Assembly (NCBI RefSeq): GCF_000392435.1
Contig: NC_021219.1
Location: 150,001 to 182,000, forward strand
DNA length: 32,000 bases
Source: Candidatus Saccharimonas aalborgensis
Lineage (GTDB): Bacteria; Patescibacteriota; Saccharimonadia; Saccharimonadales; Saccharimonadaceae
Direction of reading: 5' to 3'
Shown here piece by piece: positions 27,068 to 32,000 of this stretch. Made by a program: the position numbers and the translations under genes. Positions within the stretch are counted from its first letter, which is position 1, and each line of letters starts with the position of its first letter. The notes below the pieces were generated by a model, which saw only the letters and a program-made list of their open reading frames with translations, ran no database searches and had not been told where the DNA came from.

Positions 27068-28852
27068 TTATTGCGAAAAAAACCTTTTACACAAATCGTC
27101 CGTAATTTTACCGAATTCATCATGCAAGCTCTTAGTATTTTTGAGCGAGATATCCTTCCAGTCTATAAAATTTTTGAAGGATGCGACTTCAGTGGGCATT
27201 CCCACATCATTTTTCATAAGTTGTCTCTCACAGTACTCGATGATTAGCTCCTCTGCTTGCTGCGTACTCTTCTCAGCTATCGCTTCAAGGTATTCAAGTT
27301 CTTCGATATGAAGTATTACAAAGGGATAGAGTTTGTTCCTAGATAGTGTGGGAGTAACCGATGAAGCATAGCCATTGTAGTAACGACGATTAATTGGATC
27401 TGCGGGTAAGTCATCTTCTGTAACGAGTATAGGCACAATGATGTCAGGCAACTTATATCCAGGGATTTGCACTGCATTGTCACGAAGAAGTGACACGAAA
27501 TGGTCAATTTGCTGAAGACCCTTGCGTTTATGCTTTTTTTTCGGGTTCCTGGTCTTTTTAGTGCCAAATAATTGTTGAAGCGAACTCTTCATGTTTGGAC
27601 GCGAGGCATAAAGCTGCATTTTATAGGGGATATGAAGGGCTTTAGCCTCAATGATAAGCAAAGCTTTATTACCCAACACTAGACCATCTGCAAGCTCGCC
27701 GTATCTTTTGATGGTAAAGTTCCTAATGACCTTACTGGAACCAAATCCACTCTCAAGTCGGTCAAGTGCATATTTCTCAAACCCAACTGACCAAGCTTTA
27801 GGCAGCAAGCCAAGTCTGCTTTTATCATCGACTCGGTTCAAATATTCATTCATTTGCCAATAAACACCGAGTGTCGTCCTGTTAGCCAATAACCTAGGTG
27901 AAGCACACATGATTTTTTGTTGCCCAATCATAATTACTGGATGTCTCATAAAAACCATAAAATTATTCTGGTGCGGACTTCCACGCAGAACTGTGCTGAT
28001 AACCTCTTTGTTCTCTGATTCATAATCTTGCAGTTTCATCGTATATAACCCAAGTAGTGTTTGTAGCTGCTCAGGAGTAAGCTTCATTTGAGAAAAATAA
28101 TCCATATCTCTGACGACATCGTTATCTAAATCTGGCTCTGAGCTATGAATTGACCATTCAGTCATAAGCGAGAAGCCAAAACCAATATAGTCAGAGATGG
28201 TTACCCCCGTGGCATCAGTGAATAACTGCTCAATATCCAAGTTATGGGGATTTGAAGCACAGCGTTTAACAATGAGCGTTGTCCTTGCTAGCTGATGTAG
28301 TATATTTGGGCGGGACGTTAGGAAGCTCTGCTCAGCGAAAGCCATTCGCATTCGCTCCACAGCATATTTGGTCATCTTTGGTTTGCCATTTACCATTCTG
28401 TAGTGCATGCCACGCGGAGCAATGGCACGATGCGTCCATTGTTCGGTTAATACCAATAGCCATTTACCAAACTGTTCAAGCTGTTCGGGAGTTGCTATAT
28501 CCTGGCCAGCATCCGAGTCGCAGTTATCAATCGCAAGTGCAATAAGTGCCAATAAGGGAGGTTCTGTAAAGAACACCCACTCGTCACTCAGCCCCTGATT
28601 CTTTCTGGCTTGAAACAACTTGGCGATTTTTTCTCTGGTTTCCTGCGAGAAGAAACTTCTGAGTAGTTTAATCTGTTCATTGTTGTCTTTTACGGGAGTT
28701 TTATAAAGAACGATGCTGAGCTTTGACGCTACAATAAGGACAGCCCATAGGTTGTAGTCTTGTAACTCTTTGCCTACTTGCTTAACACTACGCATTTCTC
28801 CGAATATATCTGAGTAGCCAAAGTTCACGTTTACGTAATCTGCAACTGCCAT
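27068..28852 (-). CDS. Hypothetical 594-aa protein with PD-(D/E)XK-like nuclease signature
   Basis: Intact long ORF; IKRYGELADGLVLGNKALLIIEAKALHIPY has the D...(E)xK spacing of PD-(D/E)XK nucleases. Confidence 0.8.
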   Translation of the reverse strand: MAVADYVNVNFGYSDIFGEMRSVKQVGKELQDYNLWAVLIVASKLSIVLYKTPVKDNNEQIKLLRSFFSQETREKIAKLFQARKNQGLSDEWVFFTEPPLLALIALAIDNCDSDAGQDIATPEQLEQFGKWLLVLTEQWTHRAIAPRGMHYRMVNGKPKMTKYAVERMRMAFAEQSFLTSRPNILHQLARTTLIVKRCASNPHNLDIEQLFTDATGVTISDYIGFGFSLMTEWSIHSSEPDLDNDVVRDMDYFSQMKLTPEQLQTLLGLYTMKLQDYESENKEVISTVLRGSPHQNNFMVFMRHPVIMIGQQKIMCASPRLLANRTTLGVYWQMNEYLNRVDDKSRLGLLPKAWSVGFEKYALDRLESGFGSSKVIRNFTIKRYGELADGLVLGNKALLIIEAKALHIPYKMQLYASRPNMKSSLQQLFGTKKTRNPKKKHKRKGLQQIDHFVSLLRDNAVQIPGYKLPDIIVPILVTEDDLPADPINRRYYNGYASSVTPTLSRNKLYPFVILHIEELEYLEAIAEKSTQQAEELIIEYCERQLMKNDVGMPTEVASFKNFIDWKDISLKNTKSLHDEFGKITDDLCKRFFSQ

Positions 28853-28956
28853 AATGTAAGTATAGTTTATAAGAGTAAATGTCCGTTGGTTTACGTGCGT
28901 ACTATTTGGCCGTTACCCTTGTGTATGTAAGTAAAGGAGCTATTTAAGGGGTGGTG

Positions 28957-28977
28957 AGGCGGTATTTTCTGTGGTGC
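28957..28977. repeat. Partial copy of the dispersed repeat core
   Basis: gaggcggtattttctgtggtg resembles the 3' arm of the 39-nt palindrome (aatggcggtattttctatggtag). Confidence 0.6.
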
Positions 28978-29100
28978 GATACGATTTTTAGTTTCGAGGG
29001 CCAAGTTTTTGCATTGTCTATTTAGGAGAGCTGGCAAGAATGTACATATCTTGGGACTCAACCGTGAACCCGATACAGTATATCTCTTGACCTAAAACTA

Positions 29101-29565
29101 TCAGGTACTGAGTTCCTTGCGCCAGACCGTACAGTATCTGTGTTTCTCCTTGGCTGCAACATCGTCTGCAATCTTCGCAACTCGTGGATCAATCCTTTCG
29201 AACCCAAGCGCTTCATAAAACCGGTTATTCCAAAATAACGTCATGGCCGTAAGATCACGTATGTCCTCCTCACCCACAACATACAGCCCAAATAGCTGCT
29301 TCGTCAGCTCGCTACCTATACCCCGCCGTCTCGCATCGGGATGCACTACAAGTGATTCCATGTACGCATGGGGAGGCCGAAGCTCAACTCCAACACAGCC
29401 AACCAGTGTTTCCTCACCTGGTACATACGCGAGGAGCCAGCCGTCATAGTCGGCAATATCTTCCGTTGATAATTTACCCAGACGTATCAGTGCTTCAACA
29501 CTATGCTCTATATTGGGCGTCATTGTTTCGAGAGGGGGATGTTTCGATATGTCGATAGATTTCAT
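29101..29565 (-). CDS. GNAT family N-acetyltransferase
   Basis: LVGCVGVELRPPHAYMESLVVHPDARRRGIGSELTKQLF...FWNNRFYEALGFERI. Confidence 0.88.
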   Translation of the reverse strand: MKSIDISKHPPLETMTPNIEHSVEALIRLGKLSTEDIADYDGWLLAYVPGEETLVGCVGVELRPPHAYMESLVVHPDARRRGIGSELTKQLFGLYVVGEEDIRDLTAMTLFWNNRFYEALGFERIDPRVAKIADDVAAKEKHRYCTVWRKELST

Positions 29566-29934
29566 ATTTCAAATATACACTCTGAGGACGCGCCACCAAA
29601 CCATAAACCTATAACTCAGCGAGGCGTGGGTTGGTCATTTACATCACTGATTAGTTTGTAACGATCACCGTTGGCTTCAAGCAATTCAGTTTAAACATAG
29701 GAGCCCGCATTGAACAATCGTTCGGAGTATAGCTACAATGACGATTTGTACGTACGGTAGCTTCCGGGATTGGTGTGAATATAACGAAAGATGTACACCA
29801 GAGAAAACTTTTCGGTCACAGGAAGGTCATTATTAATCAACACTATTTAGTCTAAGCGTATTTTATATATGACCTAATCGTTATGTAAACCTGGACAGTA
29901 AATAGTACCGAGATTATGATATATGTCGATATCG

Positions 29935-30231
29935 TTACCGGCCCCTGTATGGCCGACGGGAAGAATAGTCGATAGAGCCCCCTAGCATAGTCATGAGCCA
30001 CGCAGTCAGCGTGATGAGCACTGGCCAGCGCCGCGTCCATACATTGTGTACGGTCACAAGGTAAAACCCAAAGGCCAGCAGCACAAACCCATTGAGATAG
30101 ACCACATGTTCGCTCACCTGAGAGTTGTAGATAGGGAGCGTCACGATCTCGGACAAAAAGAGTGCCGACAGAACAGGTCCGGCAAATCGGCCAACCTTTT
30201 TTGATGCGGTGATCTCGACGCGTGTGGTCAT
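29935..30231 (-). CDS. Small membrane protein (98 aa)
   Basis: Three hydrophobic segments (FAGPVLSALFLSEIVTLPI, VVYLNGFVLLAFGFYLVTVH, WPVLITLTAWLMTMLG). Confidence 0.55.
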   Translation of the reverse strand: MTTRVEITASKKVGRFAGPVLSALFLSEIVTLPIYNSQVSEHVVYLNGFVLLAFGFYLVTVHNVWTRRWPVLITLTAWLMTMLGGSIDYSSRRPYRGR

Positions 30232-30354
30232 GCAGACATCTTAACAAATTTTGTCAAACAATCCCACTAAAACTGAAACTAAATAAGAAACCGGCGTAGG
30301 TATATAAACCTTTTGCTACACACTAAAGAGATTCTTGTATTACACTATACATAT

Positions 30355-30876
30355 ATGTCACGACAACAAAAAAATGACCCTAGGTCAAAGGAATCCGAAA
30401 AACAGCTTCAGGCTGATTATTTACGAGAGAGAATCTATAGTGGCATTACCCTTCTTGGCGTTAGCGCAGGCCTCCTCGCAAATACTGCATACATCTCTGC
30501 CAGTTACGCGCTCACGACAATAGTATCCGCCGCACTTGGTATAGGACTGGCAAGCATTTTTGCAGAACTTGTGTCATATCGCGTTATTCACGACAGAGCT
30601 ATTCCTCGACGTGAATTCTTGCATCACCTAAGAACACACCGAGCTTTTCTGGTCGCTGCAGCCCCATCACTTATATTTATTCCTGCTGCGGCCCTCAGCA
30701 TCATGACACTGCGAACTGCGCTCGTAATAGACATCGTTCTCGGGGTATTTAGCTTATTTGTTATCCTCATCCGTTCAGCAGTCACGCCAAAGAATACGTT
30801 GGCATCAATCACCGTATCGATTGGAATACAGGCGATTATCGCAGCTCTTGTGATTGGTCTAAAGATAGTAAAATAA
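30355..30876 (+). CDS. Four-TM hypothetical membrane protein
   Basis: MSRQQKNDPRSKESEKQLQADYLRERIYSGITLLGVSAGLL...; internal ATG preferred over 30313. Confidence 0.7.
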   Translation: MSRQQKNDPRSKESEKQLQADYLRERIYSGITLLGVSAGLLANTAYISASYALTTIVSAALGIGLASIFAELVSYRVIHDRAIPRREFLHHLRTHRAFLVAAAPSLIFIPAAALSIMTLRTALVIDIVLGVFSLFVILIRSAVTPKNTLASITVSIGIQAIIAALVIGLKIVK

Positions 30877-30899
30877 CCTAGCACTTCATAGTCATAGTT

Positions 30900-31313
30900 T
30901 TATTGACAGGCACTACCAAACAGCTCACCATAGGTAACTTTACCTATTTGGTCTTTTTTCTGATCAGCAACGCGAGCGCGACACTCGACTGCCTTGAGGT
31001 CTAGCTCACGCTGAGCAGCTTGCCTCTGTTGCTCTACTGCTTGAGCTCGCTTAGCTGATTCGTTCTGCAGATACATATACCCCATCGACCCTATAAGGCC
31101 CAAAATGAGGATGATTGCTGCAGTGATATATTGTTTACGACTAAACTGTATCTTTGGAAGTTTTTTAGTCTTTTTCACAGAGTGGACGCCCACTTCTGCC
31201 TTTGCTTCAATAGACGACATCATGCGTGCAGACGTTATAGCTTTACGCCCGATTTTGCGACGATATAAACCCTCTCCCCGTCTCGCATGTTGTGGTTTCA
31301 TCATTCCTATCAT
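30900..31313 (-). CDS. Single-TM hypothetical protein
   Basis: KQYITAAIILILGLIGSMGYMYLQ followed by a coiled-coil-like region (ESAKRAQAVEQQRQAAQRELDLKAVECRA). Confidence 0.65.
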   Translation of the reverse strand: MIGMMKPQHARRGEGLYRRKIGRKAITSARMMSSIEAKAEVGVHSVKKTKKLPKIQFSRKQYITAAIILILGLIGSMGYMYLQNESAKRAQAVEQQRQAAQRELDLKAVECRARVADQKKDQIGKVTYGELFGSACQ

Positions 31314-31394
31314 AGCAAATCCAGGGTCCGTTTGCTAGCGACATATCCTCGACCTTGATAAAAATAGCCACCTCTTGTAGAATGGATGTTGTGT

Positions 31395-31470
31395 GGCTCT
31401 TTAGCTCAGTTGGTAGAGCAGAGGCCTGAAGAGCCTTGTGTCACTAGTTCGAGTCTAGTAGGAGCCACCA
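31395..31470 (+). tRNA. tRNA-Phe(GAA), CCA encoded
   Basis: GGCTCTT/AGGAGCC acceptor, GCTC/GAGC D stem, GAGGC-CTGAAGA-GCCTT anticodon arm, ACTAG/CTAGT T stem. Confidence 0.97.
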
Positions 31471-31480
31471 TACGAAAGCA

Positions 31481-31505
31481 TCCCTCGTGATATGAGGGAT
31501 TTTTT
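31481..31505 (+). terminator. Terminator after tRNA-Phe
   Basis: TCCCTC-gtgatat-GAGGGA followed by TTTTTT. Confidence 0.85.
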
Positions 31506-31570
31506 CGTGAGGTGACACAAGGCTCTTCAGGCCTTGGCCCTTCGAGCGGTTAATTGAAGCTGAGGGCTCT

Positions 31571-31609
31571 GTCACTAGTTCGAGTCTAGTAGGAGCCACC
31601 ATACGAAAG
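31571..31609 (+). repeat. 39-nt duplicate of the 3' end of tRNA-Phe plus flank
   Basis: gtcactagttcgagtctagtaggagccaccatacgaaag is identical at 31440..31478 and 31571..31609. Confidence 0.95.
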
Positions 31610-31611
31610 TA

Positions 31612-31638
31612 TCCCCCCATATCTAGGAGGGATTTTTT
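31612..31638 (+). terminator. Second terminator-like hairpin, degenerate copy of the tRNA-Phe terminator
   Basis: TCCCCCC-atatcta-GGAGGGA followed by TTTTTT. Confidence 0.65.
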
Positions 31639-31669
31639 CGTAAGATTGCATGCTATAATACCCGTTAGC

Positions 31670-31744
31670 GCGGGTATCGTATAACGGCTATTATATGACC
31701 TTCCCAAGGTTGAGACGGGAGTTCGACTCTCCCTACCCGCACCA
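31670..31744 (+). tRNA. tRNA-Gly(CCC), CCA encoded
   Basis: GCGGGTA/TACCCGC acceptor, TGACC-TTCCCAA-GGTTG anticodon arm, GGGAG-TTCGACT-CTCCC T arm. Confidence 0.95.
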
Positions 31745-31753
31745 TTTCCAGTT

Positions 31754-32000
31754 ATGACTAGAGTTGATTTTTCACCAAGAGCACAACGAGTCGTCGACAT
31801 TACCTTGAGCGAGGTAGCGCATCGCTATGGCGACGGGATAAACCCCGGATCAATCGCTTCATGTCCCTATCACGATCTTGAACATTCGACTGCCGTCATG
31901 GAAAGTGCTGTCCTATTGGCTTCACGGTTGCATCTTAGTAGAGCCGCCCTCGAATTGGCCGCTCTGAGCGGCGCAGCTCACGACGTCATTCGCGAACACG
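31754..32000 (+). CDS. HD-domain-like hydrolase, N-terminal part, truncated by window edge
   Basis: MTRVDFSPRAQRVVDITLSEVAHRYGDGINPGSIASCPYHDLEHSTAVMESAVLLA...AALSGAAHDVIREH; HDLEHS and AAHD motifs. Confidence 0.6.
   Translation, partial: MTRVDFSPRAQRVVDITLSEVAHRYGDGINPGSIASCPYHDLEHSTAVMESAVLLASRLHLSRAALELAALSGAAHDVIREH

Noticed and set aside
21005-29000. CRISPR array or classical integron array
   Set aside because: Repeats are irregularly spaced, in both orientations and between genes, with no regular spacers, no cas genes and no tyrosine integrase in the window. An attC-like role remains only a hypothesis.
29852-30247. 131-aa Cys/His-rich minus-strand ORF
   Set aside because: Overlaps 29935..30231 in another frame, which gives a more plausible three-TM membrane protein.
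31444-31800. 118-aa minus-strand ORF (MSTTRCALGEKS...LLLDSN)
   Set aside because: It is the antisense translation of tRNA-Phe/tRNA-Gly and their repeats (GRESRTPVSTLG, MVAPTRLELVTEPSASINR), a common spurious ORF type.

Overview
The window looks like a large accessory region of a small, CPR/Saccharibacteria-like bacterial genome; the taxonomy is inferred from protein character only. Backbone genes flank it: a Mur-ligase-like partial CDS at the left edge, and tRNA-Phe, tRNA-Gly(CCC) and an HD-domain-like partial CDS at the right edge. Left part (about 0.5-12.6 kb): an integrated element next to tRNA-Gly(GCC), with a large serine recombinase, a gene II/X-like replication initiator, a SpoVG-like protein, unknown genes and a metal-resistance module (two CDF transporters, CsoR with an operator-like palindrome, a DUF305-like protein, a CopB-type ATPase). 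Middle part (12.7-20.8 kb): a second large serine recombinase, a 1290-aa helicase/nuclease fusion with a possible WYL-like tail, and an Mrr-like nuclease paired with a membrane protein. Right part (20.9-29 kb): genes separated by a structured, dispersed repeat family. Two of its copies are inverted around an EamA transporter plus a divergent retron-like reverse transcriptase. Directly upstream of the RT, 24005..24232 has a 15-bp long-range stem enclosing serial hairpins, the layout expected of an msr-msd template. This, the repeat family and an orphan 594-aa protein with a PD-(D/E)XK-like signature are the best candidates for undescribed biology. All structure and homology calls were made by eye, without folding or database searches.
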